Shown here piece by piece: positions 11,507 through 24,116 of a DNA stretch of 64,000 bases. The stretch is from NCBI RefSeq assembly GCF_001194135.2, contig NC_068995.1, positions 51,008,860 to 51,072,859 on the forward strand, in the 5' to 3' direction. The notes beneath the pieces are model-generated. The model had not been told where the DNA came from, did no database searches, and worked only from the letters and a program-made list of their open reading frames with translations. The stretch's first letter is position 1. Each line of letters begins with the position of its first letter. The position numbers and the translations under genes were made by a program. This DNA comes from Octopus bimaculoides. Taxonomy: Eukaryota.

Positions 11507-13396
11507 CTGACAAATATGGAAAATAAAACAAATGAATTAGATTGTTTTTACTGATTAGATATATTTGAATGATTTAATGTTACAAACAACTACACAACAA
11601 ATCTTAGATATTTTATATAATTTATACCAATACCATATAAGGAAGCTTACTGAAATTTTTGGAAGTAATGTCTTAGCTATTTTGCTGCACTAAAATTATA
11701 AAAACTAATCATCATCATCATCATTTAATGCTCACTGTTTCGTGCTTGTATGGGTCAGACAGAATTTGTTGATGCAGATCCATGACCAGGTGCCCTTGCT
11801 GTTACCAACCCTCATGTATTTCAAGTAAGGAATAAACACCACTTATATGATGGTGGTGCTTGTTTACAACCATCACACACGCACACACACACACGACAAG
11901 CTTCATTCAGTTTCTACCGACTAAATCCACTTGCAAGGCTTTGGTCAGTCTGACCCATGCCAGCGTGGAAAACGGAAGTTAAATGATGAAGAAATTATGC
12001 CAAAACTGAGAACATACAAATGAGATGCGATCCTCCAACTTGTCTTAGACAGCTGTAACACTGAATAAGAACTTACTCAGAGAGGAATGACCCATCCATT
12101 CCTTGCCAACACTGAAAGCAGACTGATGATGATGATGATGAAGATGATGATGAAGATGATGATGATGATGATGATAAGATCTAACATTCAACGTCAGATG
12201 AATCTAAAATAAAATAACAAAACATTCCATAGAAGTTGCTAGTTTGATTGAAAAACCAGGATCAATATTTTTGGTGAAGAATATAATATTGTTTGAAACA
12301 GAAATAAGGAATTTTGTTTTAAGATGATAAAAGAATCTGAATAACTTCCCTTCCTTTGAGTGAACAATATTTTTGGAGAGTGGTACCTGTCCACTTGACA
12401 ATAGGGGTATAATATCAATTAATGAGCATGCCTTTATGGGAAATTCTTCAATTTCTTTATATATATATTTTTTAATCATTAGATGGCAACTTGTTGAAGC
12501 ACTGTCTTCAAGGATTTTATTTAACCTCAAAGACAAAAGGCAAAAAAAAACAAAAAAACACTAAATTTGAAGAGGAGGCAACCGAGGCAGATTTTTGTTT
12601 GATGCATCAACTTTTTGACATCACACACTAACACACACATCCGTTAGACATCAAGACGATTTCTTTCTACCAAATTTAACCACACTAAGGTAGAAGACAC
12701 TAGTCTATGCTGTCAACTGGAGTGGGACTGAACCAGTCATTACATGGTTGCAAAGGAAACGTTTGCCACACAGCCATGCTAATATGTTATATGATCTGAC
12801 TAAATCATTTATAAGAAACTGTGGTTTAATCACATATAGATGATGGACAAATCACAAACTATATCTAAACATAGTGACATATCCATAAAAATTATTTAGA
12901 AATGTTAACTTGAACCAGAAAAAAAGGAGCAGACGAGCTGGAAGAAAATGGGAAATTTAACTTCTGTTACTAAAATAAAGTTAGTTTATTTATAAATAAA
13001 ATATCATACATTTGAGAAAAAATAGTAAGAACAATCAAAGTGAAATGTAAGACGAAAATAAAATGCTGCATTTGTAGTCAGTAAACGTGAGATATATAAG
13101 GTTATTAAATTTACACAGTTACTAGCAAGGAATTATTTGCAAATTGTATTTTATTATGAAAATAGTTGATAACAACAAAGTTAAAAGAGGGATAAATACA
13201 AAGTAACAACATGTTGGATACACATACACTGGAGATAAATATTTTAATGTAAGATAAAACTAAGTGATGATCTAAAAAAAAAAAAACTGCGATAAAGATA
13301 ATTGTGAGTGAATTTCTGAAATGGTGAAAACTTGTGACATGATTCTAACTAACTAATAGTGGAGATAATATTCACAAAATCAAGAAATAAACTCAC

Positions 13397-13470
13397 CCAG
13401 AACCATGGTGGACAATAACAGCAGCTAAATCATAAAGGTTGCTGCCAGAGAAGCTACCTCGTGTCTCATG
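13397..13470 (-). CDS. USP3: USP3-like exon: HETRGSFSGSNLYDLAAVIVHHGS(G)
   Basis: tttacag acceptor, gtgagt donor, 74 nt, phase 0/2. YDLAAV.VHHGSG motif. Confidence 0.95.
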
Positions 13471-13792
13471 CTGTAAAAATGACAGTATTCCTGATTAGAA
13501 GACTGCAAACAAAACTTTCTTTTTCTTTCTTTTTTTTTTTCAATAGAAATTTTAGGATACATGATTTTAGAAATGGAAGCAAAAAAAAAACTGAAAATGT
13601 TTTAAGGTGGCTGCCAAAAACTCAAAGGAATTCATGAGTATCCCAAGTAAAAACGTAGAAAAAAATAAAAACACTGAAGAGTGTTAAGTCTTAGACATAT
13701 TCTTGGATTGTTTCGTACCAAATTCTTATTGCATACACTAATGATTCCCAAAGGGCATGGTGTGAGAGATGGCAAGTATAGCAGGAATATTT

Positions 13793-13872
13793 CTTGTATA
13801 CCACTTAGAAGACATTTATTTCATCACAAAAGTTTTTGTGATGAAATAAATGTCTTCTAAGTGGTATACAAG
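13793..13872. repeat. Perfect 80-bp palindrome (39-bp arms, 2-nt spacer)
   Basis: cttgtataccacttagaagacatttatttcatcacaaaa-gt-ttttgtgatgaaataaatgtcttctaagtggtatacaag. Confidence 0.95.
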
Positions 13873-14386
13873 ATTAAGACCTGCATCATAACAGATGCAT
13901 TAAAACAGATCTGAAGAATATGAGTTTTTGGCCACCAAAGACAGTGAGGCTGAACTAGTAAAAAAATTAATTGATTAATTAAAACACACATAACAAACAC
14001 ACTAAATACTGGTGTTGACATGAACGAATGATATTTTGTACATTTTAATCCTGCTTTTTTTGTTTGCTTTTAACAACCCCAGAATTTAATGAGATAAAAC
14101 AGTTCATTTGAATTTCATTTTAATTTTACTACTAATGACATGTAAAAAGAAAAAAGAAAAAAATGGAAAGCATAATGATGAGGTTGCATTTTAATTTAAA
14201 TTATTTATCCAATAATTTTTATGTTTTAGAAAAGTTGTTTGAGTCCAAGACAAAAGTAGACTGTACAACTTCTATTCATAAAGACAAGGTGGAAGATAAT
14301 TTCATGTGATTGAAATGCAGTAGAAAAATAAAAACAAAAAGAAACATTGGCCAGTACTGGGTCAAACAGCATGTATACTAACTTAC

Positions 14387-14506
14387 CAAGTTGTTTAACA
14401 CATATCGGTTCATATCAAGACCACGTATTGGAAACTCAACAAAAGTCTCAATTTTTAATCTAAACACAGAATTCCACCGAAATCTCTTCAAATGCAAGCA
14501 TAAAAC
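14387..14506 (-). CDS. USP3: USP3-like exon: VLCLHLKRFRWNSVFRLKIETFVEFPIRGLDMNRYVLNNL
   Basis: tattcag acceptor, gtaagt donor, 120 nt, phase 0/0. LHLKRF and VEFP.RGLDM motifs. Confidence 0.95.
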
Positions 14507-16068
14507 CTGAATAGAAATAATTATGATAGAATGTTATTGACATCGCACAAAATAAACTAGAAATTAAAGCAATGTAAATAGACAATGAAGAACCTCCCAA
14601 ATAAAGCTTAATCAGAGTGTTGGGGTTAAACAAGAGGTCACACACACTTGACCTTCAAATAAGGGTTATGTAGTGAGAATGCCAAGTTGTATTTGGGACA
14701 CTAAATACATATAAACTCTTATGAAATTTCTTACAACAAAAACATCACATACAACACCTATGGCTAAGAGAAAACTGGCTAAACTAGATTCTATTACAGT
14801 TGTTACAACAACCAACACACAAAATAATTTTAGATATATTTGTAAACATTAAATGATCATGAACTAAATAGAAAAAAAATAACCAGATGGGAACGGAACC
14901 TTTATCTCCTGATGCTATTGATTCTAATTATTCCTTAGACTGATTATAATGTTTTATATAGTTTACACTATAGAGCTGGAACCATTCTTCATTACCCTAA
15001 TATATAGTCTGAACACAATGAGCAGCCTTCTTTGACTAAACACACAATTTTGAATACATTTTTGGAGGCAGGAAATGGTTCTTTGTAATGTTCATTCTTT
15101 TCCAAAGACAAATCAACAAAGAAGCTGATGGCCTACAGCACAGATCATATTAATGAAAACCAGCTGCAGTGGTGGTATCACTATATATACAATTGATGTA
15201 TACTGATGTAATCTTTTAATGAGAGATTAACTCCCTTTTATTCAAGGCAGAAATATACGAGTGGTGACATTCATGCTTACCCCAAGGCGGCTGGCAATGT
15301 AACTGAAGTGAAAAGTCTGGAGTTAAGAATAAAACTTCAGCTGCAAACTCATCTTACAAGGAGTCTATTTCTGTTATATGTTGCGTCACTTTACCAGCAA
15401 AATTACCAATTCTATCACTTTTTTATTTCGTACCAACATGAAATGTCACTACAATGGGTTGTCAGATAAATGTGTTTTTTTTTCTATTTATTTTAATCCT
15501 TTCCAATGTTATTTGAATTAACATGAAGAATATCTTTATTGTAATGTTTTATAAGTTCGCTTTTTTTTTTTTTTTTTTTTTTTGTATTCTGCAACTTTTA
15601 TCGTTTTTTTAAATTTGAATAATTTTACCACTTTTCAGACATATGATGATGGAGTGCCAAGAAAAAAAAAAACAAAGAACGAATCTTGTCTGACAACTCA
15701 ATACCATTTGCTAAGAGATAATTATGATTTCTAACATAAGAGCAAGGTCAAACATTTTGGGAAAAGATAAAGCCAAATATATTGACTCCAGTAACTGATT
15801 GGTACTTCTTTATCAACCATTGGAATTGTATTTTCTGAATACAATTTTCATAATAGTACAGACACACAAGCAGAAATAATTTAGATACAATAAAGTCTCT
15901 AGATGCGAACAAATTAGAAATAAGCTGCAGCTTAACAAAATGTGTAGAATTAAGAAATAAAATTGACTTATTACCAACAATTAGAACAAGACAACAATCA
16001 CCATTTTAAAACATATCTGAATAAGCAGAAGGAAATAAAACAATGAATAAATAACAGAATCCATTTAC

Positions 16069-16187
16069 ATTTGGTAAACGTCTAATCCAAAATTTTTTGG
16101 TTGAATGTTGTTTTTTCTTACAGTTGCTACACATATAAAGTTCTGATTCTTCTAATTCTTCTATATCTGTGAAACTGGTCAAACAAT
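16069..16187 (-). CDS. USP3: USP3-like exon: (D)CLTSFTDIEELEESELYMCSNCKKKQHSTKKFWIRRLPN
   Basis: tcttcag acceptor, gtaaat donor, 119 nt, phase 1/0. CxxC finger motif and STKKFWI. Confidence 0.95.
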
Positions 16188-16230
16188 CTGAAGAATTAAA
16201 TATTAAAAAAAATAAATAAATTCATTAATA

Positions 16231-16261
<31 letters not shown>

Positions 16262-16856
16262 GTGGTTTCATAAATAAGAACATGACTGCAAGATTATTGG
16301 GAGGAAAGTCAATAATAATAATTGATAGGCACAGGTGTGGCTGTTTGGTAAGAAGTTTGCTTCCCAACCACATGGTTCAGGGTTCAGTCCCATCAAATGA
16401 TACCCTGGGGAAGACCAAAGCCTTGTGAGTGGACTTAGCAGATGGACACTGAAACCAGCCACCATATATATATCATCATCATCATCAACAACATTTAACA
16501 TCCATTTTCTATGCTAGCATGGGTTGAATGATTTGACAGGAACTGGCAAGGCCAGGGCTGTGCAAGGTTCCACAGTCTGTTTTGGTTTGGCTTCAACAGC
16601 TGGATGCCCTTCCTAATGCAAACCACTTTACAGAGTGTACTGGATGCTTTTTATGTGGCACCATCACCAGTGCTCTTTAGGTGGCACCAGCACCCACACC
16701 AATGCTTTTTATGTGGCACTTTGGTTTTAGGATCTCAGTTCTGTTGTGGTGGGCAGGTCTTGTATATGTGTTTTACCGTCTCCTTGCCTTGGCAGTGGAT
16801 GATAGTTGCAAACAAGTGTCCTTCTGTCTGGCACAGCAATGATTCTGCCAGCTCAC

Positions 16857-16887
<31 letters not shown>

Positions 16888-16946
16888 TGCAGTAAATCTT
16901 ATTTGTAACTTCTCACAATATGGAGAAAGAAACTGCTTGTACTCAC

Positions 16947-17030
16947 CGGTTAATTTACACCTTCCTTCACTTTCTTTGGATTTGAGAGCTGTTTTTGAAC
17001 AATACTGGATTGGAATATCTAATGATAAAT
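16947..17030 (-). CDS. USP3: USP3-like exon: (D)LSLDIPIQYCSKTALKSKESEGRCKLT(D)
   Basis: tttctag acceptor, gtgagt donor, 84 nt, phase 1/1. DLSLDIP motif. Confidence 0.94.
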
Positions 17031-17362
17031 CTAGAAAATAAAGTAAAATAAAAAGAAATACTGAGAATAATATCAGTTTATTTACATGTATATTGTCAGT
17101 ATAAGCCAATCATTCTCAATGGGATTCATAAGGCCTCCTGAGTGGCGAAGCCAAATTTGGAGAAGACCTCAGCCTGAAAACTGAAAAGGAGGACCCTGAT
17201 ACATTTCAAGTGAGCTATGTACAAACCCTTTTTGACATCAAACCCTGAAACCTGAGAAGAGATCCTTAGGGAGCCATGATTGGTATAAATGATATGTTGC
17301 ATTGTTCATGTGATTAGGATTTCATACAACCAAATAGTTATATCTGTTACCTCTATCTGCAA

Positions 17363-17400
<38 letters not shown>

Positions 17401-17402
<2 letters not shown>

Positions 17403-17497
17403 TCATCATCATCGTTTAACGTCCGCTTTCCATGCTAGCATGGGTTGGACGATTTGACTGAGGACTGGTGAAACCGGATGGCAATACCAGGCCCCAA

Positions 17498-17502
<5 letters not shown>
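17401..17502 (-). mobile_element. 3' end of an RTE-type LINE or LINE-tailed SINE ending in (GAT)n. Other copies at ~16480-16750 (-), 18940-19035 (-), 33252-33370 (+), 56680-56882 (+), 59030-59200 (+)
   Basis: The tail ...catgctagcatggaaagcggacgttaaacgatgatgatg recurs in the window. RTE assignment is inference from the tandem-repeat tail. Confidence 0.65.
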
Positions 17503-17528
<26 letters not shown>

Positions 17529-17532
<4 letters not shown>

Positions 17533-17756
17533 AGAGTATTGTAGTTCGCTTGAAGCATTGTGTATTGTTTGTAAAGAATAAAAAGTTTTGAATGGTACAA
17601 CAATGCACTATAATACAAGCAATGGGCTCTATACCTGTTGTAATTTAGTCATCCATAGTCTGATTTGATATTTCGGAATAAAGGAATATTATTCCGAAAT
17701 ATCATATCAGATTATGGATGACTGAATTACAACAGGTAAGTCATTGTTGTACCATT
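17529..17756. mobile_element. Second copy of the 10.3-kb Penelope-like terminus, also palindromic
   Basis: Arms 17633-17681 and 17689-17737, plus an outer 15-bp IR (17591-17605 and 17742-17756). Retains GGAATA-T-TATTCC-GAAATATC but lacks CTGAAG. Confidence 0.7.
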
Positions 17757-18245
17757 ACCATATTGCACAAAATGCTTAGTGCCATTTCTTCCAGTCTTTC
17801 ATTCTGAGATTCAAATGTTGCCATGGTTGACTTTGTCTGTCATCCTTCTGTGGTTTATAAAGTAAGTCCTGGTTGAGCACTGAGGTTAATGTAATCGACT
17901 ACTTCTTCCGCCACAAAATTTCAGGCCTTGTGCTTGTATTATGATTATTATAAGGCGGTGAACAGCAAAATCGTAAGTACACTGGGCATTTTGACTGTCC
18001 TTACATTCTGAGTTCAATTTCTGCTGAGGCTGACTTTGCCTTTCAACTTTTCGGGGTCAATAAAATCAGTATCAGTAGTCAATTTGCCCCCTGCCTCTCC
18101 TGAAATTGCTGGCCTTGTGCCAAAATATGAAACCAATATTATGATTAACATCATTATCTTTATACTCATCATCATCATCATTGTCATCACTAAATTAAAC
18201 TAAATATTACAAAAGAAAAGAAAAGAAAGAAAAAAGGATGATTAC

Positions 18246-18466
18246 CAAGAAAAGGGTCGTGTTTTTTAGATTCCATATTACATATCAAACAATTGACCTC
18301 ATTCTGAAGTAAACCACCGAAAATGGCAGTCACAATTGTACTTTTGCCTTTTGGACCAATAAACGGACTGTTGTCATTTGGGTAGGGTAAAAGAGTGAGT
18401 AATTCTGTATGTAGTCTGTCTAATAAGTAGCGCATGAACTCGTGGGCGTCTTGTTGTTGGTAACCT
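18246..18466 (-). CDS. USP3: USP3-like exon: GYQQQDAHEFMRYLLDRLHTELL...STIVTAIFGGLLQNEVNCLICNMESKKHDPFL(D)
   Basis: atttcag acceptor, gtaatc donor, 221 nt, phase 2/1. Contains the QQDAHEF motif and VTAIFGG.LQNEVNCLIC. Confidence 0.96.
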
Positions 18467-18689
18467 CTGAAATATGGGAAACAGTGATTTGTTCACATTT
18501 GGCATTGAAGTGGATTACATTAAATCAGAAGTAGTAGTAGCAATCAGCAGTAGTAGTAGTAGTAGTAGTCAGTAATAAATTTTCACATATTAAGGAAACA
18601 ATAATCATTATGGAACGGAGAGGCTGGAAGTTACGAAAGCAGTAATTTAGTAACTTGGGGCTGCTCTGAGATTAAAAGGTTTGGATAAT

Positions 18690-18914
18690 TTAACCCTTTA
18701 GCATTTAAACCAGTGATATCTGGCCCTAATATTCTACTTGTTTTATGTTCAAGCCAGCCAGATCCAGCCTTTCACACCCACCCAACAATGTTATTCTAAA
18801 AATAAAAAAAATCACATCATCGAAATCTAGAACCTTTGAGATAATGCATGATTAATCCAAAACATGAATAAATAAGTATTACATTTGACAGTAATCTGAA
18901 TGCTAAAGCTTTAA
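18690..18914. mobile_element. piggyBac-type MITE (decayed copy at ~5078-5304)
   Basis: TTAA|CCCTTTAGCATT ... AATGCTAAAGCT|TTAA: TTAA flanks and CCC terminus. Confidence 0.7.
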
Positions 18915-19640
18915 TGACCAATAGAATAAGATAAACCATCATCATCGTTTAACATCCACTTTCCATGCTGGCATGGGTTGGATGGTTTGATTGAGGACTG
19001 GCAAGCCAGGAGGCTGCACCAAACTCCAATCTGATTATGCATCAATATATTATACAAACAAGTGCTAATTAATGGAATGTTTGGAATATGTATAAATCTT
19101 TTAACTTTTGCTTGTTCAGTCATTAGACTGCAGCCATGCTGGGGTACTGCCTTGAAAAGTTACAGGGATGTAAACAAACCAACACTGTTTGTCAAGCAGA
19201 GTAGTGGGGGACAAACAGGCACAAAGACACACACACATGACAGGCTTCTCTCAGATTCTGTCTACCAAATCCACCCACAAAGCTTTGGTCGGCCCAAGGC
19301 TCTAGTAGAAGACACTTGCCTAAGGTGTCACAACAGTGGAACTGAACCCAGAACCATGTGGTTGGGAAGCAAACTTCTAACCAGACAGTCGTAAGATTTT
19401 AGTGTTTTACTTTTTCAGTAAAAATTACTGCAATAAATCACATCTAAAAGCTTTATTTGTTACTTGAAATTCTTTATTTTAGCACAGAAATCGTAGACCA
19501 ATAGATTTACCCATTTGTCTTATAAAAATTAATAATATAATGTTAAATATGGCCAGAGTTGATGCCAACTAAATTTGGCCTAAATTGTCCCAGATAAAAT
19601 CAGACAATTGACAGAAATGTCTTGTAACCTTCGTACATAC

Positions 19641-19754
19641 CTAAATCTGGGTACAACTTGCCAGATCACTGAGAAGAGGGAATCTGGGGATATAGCTGTC
19701 TTGGTTCCCTGCCATAAAGCTATCAATGTTTTCCGCAGTTCTTCCACTAAAAGC
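19641..19754 (-). CDS. USP3: USP3-like exon: LLVEELRKTLIALWQGTKTAISPDSLFSVIWQVVPRF(R)
   Basis: attttag acceptor, gtatgt donor, 114 nt, phase 2/2. Resembles USP3 LVEEFRKTLCALWQG...SPESLF.VVWK.MPNFR. Confidence 0.95.
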   Translation of the reverse strand, partial: AFSGRTAENIDSFMAGNQDSYIPRFPLLSDLASCTQI

Positions 19755-20619
19755 CTAAAATAGATAGAATAAAAATAAAGACAAAATATGATAAACAAAG
19801 GAATAAATAGGATTATATTTCAGAAAGTTTGCCTTTTCCTTAAAGATGAAACAATGATTAATATTAGCAAGAGCAATGTGTTTTGATTGAGTTAATCTGT
19901 GATTGACATCAGGTGTTTTATTCTTAGATCTGTACATAAAACCAGGTTGGATTTGAACTAGGGACCTGTATTTTTGAACGATGTATCACAACAGTCTTAA
20001 CCACTTGGCCAGATTTTCCCAATGAGCTCCTTTTGAGGTCAAGTGGCAGAAATGTCAGAACTTAAGACTAAGTACTTTACAAATATTTAAATTCAGGGTC
20101 TCAAGTTCAAATCTAGTAAGGGCTTATTTCACCTTCAAGCAATGCAAGAATCCCAGAGGGAAGCAACAAAAACAAACAGAGAATGAGTAACTTTTTCTAA
20201 CTGGTCTCAGTCAAACTGTGACCAAACTGGGGCAATTTAGTCAATTTTACCAATCCTAATGATCATTTTAGTATGTGGTACTCATTTTATTGTCCTTAGA
20301 ATAATAGAAATAGATCTAGGTGGAATTTCAACTCACTTCATAAAAAAAAAAATGTAACCAATACTTGTAAAGTACAATAATTTATAACATATCAAAAAAA
20401 ATAGTATCAGTCATGCACTGAGATTGATTAAGGCAATAAACATTTATGACCCTGTGTCAAGGTTAGAAAGCGTTATTAATAAGCTTAGAGTTGGTCTGAG
20501 TCAACAGTTAATGAGCATAAACAGGAGCATAAACAAACAAGAATAAAGATAAGAGCCAGCTGTTCTGCCCGTATTTCATACACAGAAGAGTATAAACAAG
20601 AAATCAACCTTATACTTAC

Positions 20620-20730
20620 ACATCTTCCCCATTTTTTGTTCGTTTAGCATAATGACATTTCCTCATTTTGTATACTTGATCTTCCAAAGAAGGTAAACGT
20701 TTAATGTAACCACAAAATTCCTCTATATTG
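20620..20730 (-). CDS. USP3: USP3-like exon: NIEEFCGYIKRLPSLEDQVYKMRKCHYAKRTKNGED(V)
   Basis: cttgcag acceptor, gtaagt donor, 111 nt, phase 2/2. Resembles USP3 NIEQFCCYFKELP. Confidence 0.92.
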
Positions 20731-21931
20731 CTGCAAGAGACAAACCACAAAACTGTTCAGAAATAAATGGAACCATGTTTTCAATTCTTTTATTCTTTCT
20801 TTTTTTCTTTTATTCTTTTATTTGCTTCAGTCCTTTGACTGCGGCCATGCTGGAGCACCGCCTTTAGTCGAGCAAATCAACACCAGGACTCATTCTTTGT
20901 AAGCCTAGTACTTATTCTATCAGTCTCCTTTGCTGAACTGCTAAGTTAGGACGTAAACACACCAGCATTGGCTGTNNNNNNNNNNNNNNNNNNNNNNNNN
21001 NNNNNNNNNNNNNNNNNNNNNNNNNNNNNNNNNNNNNNNNNNNNNNNNNNNNNNCAGACGCACACACACACACACACACACACATATGTGGGAATTATTT
21101 TTATTATCATTTCTTTCAGTAACCATGTGATATGAATGCATATTTTCTCATCAAATTTTAATCATCTCTATATTCCCCCTAAACCCTGGTTAAAGGTTAG
21201 TTTTAATTATTGATTCTCAACAAACACTGGTATAATTAAGACATATTGGTTATGTTTACCTCGGTCTATTGAACTAAAATTTAACTGCTACTATTTTATC
21301 TTTAAAATGAAATCCCAACAAAATGCAAGCAAACATTCTATTGATCATAAATCTTTAAAAATCCAGACAACAAAGAAGTAAAATTTAATTAAAGCACCTT
21401 TTAATTTAAAACTATTTTATATAATTCCCAAAATCATCAAATCAAATTAGTGTTTAGTAAAAATATTTTAAACTATTTTTATAAATTGCAATAAATTCTA
21501 ATCCAATAAGAAGACATAATTAGGACTACTCCAAACCTATTTTGGAGAATTTAACATCTGGAGAGAAGACGATGGTTTGGAAATCAAAGAATTGTGAATT
21601 TAACTTTGGTATATTATAGGTGCAGGCATGGCTGTGTGGTTAGGAAGTTTGCTTCCCAACCATGTGGTTTTGTGTTCAGTTCCATTAAGTGAACCATGAG
21701 CAATTGTGTTCTACAATAGTCCCAGGTTGAGTGGATTTGGTAGGTGGTAACTGAAAGACATTCGTTGTATGCATACATGTGTATGCATGTACACAAATGT
21801 GTGTACACTCATCAGGACATCATATGATGGTTGTAAGCTAATGGTATAGAAGAAGGGAAAGGAAAGGGGATACATCTATAATAAAGAAACAACAAACATA
21901 ACCAAATGATGATCAGAAAATATTTTTTTAC

Positions 21932-22014
21932 CTGAGTGACTGTAAAACTGCATTCATAAAACATGTGTTCCCCAAATTCCGAAGCCCAGATGATCTTGGA
22001 TTGGTATCTTTGTC
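21932..22014 (-). CDS. USP3: USP3-like Cys-box exon: DKDTNPRSSGLRNLGNTCFMNAVLQSL(S)
   Basis: Canonical USP Cys box; gtaaaa donor. The first AG after a T-rich tract (aataag) gives 83 nt, phase 0/2. Confidence 0.93.
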
Positions 22015-22303
22015 CTTATTATTATAAAAAATAAATAACAAAAATAAATTAAAAAATAAAAATAAATAAATTTAATGCAAATATAAATAATGAAAAAGAT
22101 TTCGTCTGAGCGTTGAGTCAAAGGTTAATTTTTGGTAAAATCAGTTGCTGAGAGAATATGTGAAGGGAACAATCCTTGTTGCACTTCCTCTAGATGCATA
22201 ACTTAAATAAACTTATTTGATAAATGGACACCATTTAGGTGTTGCTTTCTAATTTCAAATACATCAAGACTGAATCATCAACACACCTCACACACACGTG
22301 CGT

Positions 22304-22304
<1 letters not shown>

Positions 22305-22377
<73 letters not shown>
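22305..22377. repeat. (GT)n microsatellite
   Basis: Uninterrupted GT run. Confidence 0.95.
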
Positions 22378-22381
<4 letters not shown>

Positions 22382-22530
22382 ATATTGCCTTGTATTGTAG
22401 CTAGGGGCTGACCAATACCTTGTGAGTGAATCAGACACAGAGAGAAACTATATAAGGCCTATTACATATCCCACACTCCCCACCTGCAGACTCAGCAAGT
22501 ACAAAATAAAGAAGAAAAGGAAAAAAAAAG

Positions 22531-22890
22531 GCATGGCTGTGTGATAAGAAGTCTGTTTCCCAACCACATAATCCTGGATTCAGTTCTGCAGTGTGGCACA
22601 TTGGGCAAGTCTCTTCTACTATAGCCCAAGGCTATAGTGGAAGAGACGAGTGGATTTCGTAAGTGGAAACTGAAAGAAGTGTGTGTGTGTGTTTGTGTGT
22701 GTGTGTGACCTCTGCTTGACAACCGGTGTTGATGTGTTTACATCCCAATGACTTAACAGTTTGACAAAGGGACCAATAGTATAAGTAAAAAAAAAAAAGG
22801 TACTGGTGTCAATTCATTCAACTAAAACTTTGTCAAGGCAGTGCTCCAGCATGGACACAGTCTAATGACTGAAACAAGGACAAGATACAG
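22531..22890 (+). mobile_element. tRNA-headed SINE, family C (internal CA/TA tract; ends gactgaaacaagtaaaaga)
   Basis: Same family as the near-intact 62871-63270 copy. Confidence 0.75.
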
Positions 22891-24059
22891 GATCAAAGAT
22901 AGTATGCATTACAGTAATACAAACCAACCCCAGTAGTTGACTGGTATTTTATTTTACAATCCTGGAAGGATGAAAGCTAAAGCTGACATCAGCCAGATTT
23001 GAACTCAGAATGGCTGTAACTGAATATAGTAAGTTATTTTGTCCAATGCTCTAAAAATAATGAAATTTGTTGAATTTTCATTAGATAAGCACAAAAAAGA
23101 GTTCAAAGTACTGGCAAGAGAGTACTAGCTGAAACATTTCATGACACTCAGTGTTGTTTGCTTCTTCTGTTTGGATGAAAAGAGTACAATGTACTTTAAT
23201 CTAAGCCAGAATTCTATTACAATTATTATCAGCCAAGCAGTGTGACTTGGCATATATCATACCAGAACTGTGAATTAAGGTTGCTGATGCATGCACAAAA
23301 CAATTCCCTGACTAATACAATAATACTGCAACTGTCCGCTATGTATTTACATTGCTGACAGCTGGAAAAGTGTTGAGCTACAAGTTGAAGGAAACTGATG
23401 TCAAAATCATGAAATACAATATTTTACTTCAATATCTACAAACAGCACCACGATACTGTTGTTATTAGATATACTTGTATATACACAATTATATTGTGTG
23501 CACACACACATACAAAGTATACTTTTTTTTATTCAGTCATTGGGTAGTGGTAGTGCTGGTAAAATGCTTTCAAGTGTTTAGTTGTTGATATTGTCTACCC
23601 TGCGACTAATTTCAGGCTGGTACTTATTTTATTGAGCACGGCTTGTCAAAACTACTAAGTTAGGTAACATAAAAGGATGCAACGCAAACAAACACGCACA
23701 TACAGGGTGGGCTTCTGCACAGTTTCCATCAGCAAAATTCAACACAAAAGGTATGGACCAACCTGAAGCTACAGTAGAAGGCAATGGGATTGAACATGAA
23801 ACCAGATGGTTGCACATCAATCCACTCAACCACATGGTTATATCTGCACTTACATAAACTTTATAATTACATAAATATAGTCTATACAGTGATTATTAAA
23901 GTGTACAACAGAGGCAACAGGTGTATATCTTATACCATCTAGCTATATNNNNNNNNNNNNNNNNNNNNNNNNNNNTATATATATATAATCTTGTTTTAAC
24001 ACAAACAAAGGCATAAATTATTACAAATGGATGGGGACTATGCCAAATATGAAATTATG

Positions 24060-24116
<57 letters not shown>

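Noticed and set aside
21775-21830. Minus-strand CTGATGA followed by a GTGTACAC/GTGTACAT hairpin
   Set aside because: No GAAA box; the hairpin comes from low-complexity TG/CA sequence.
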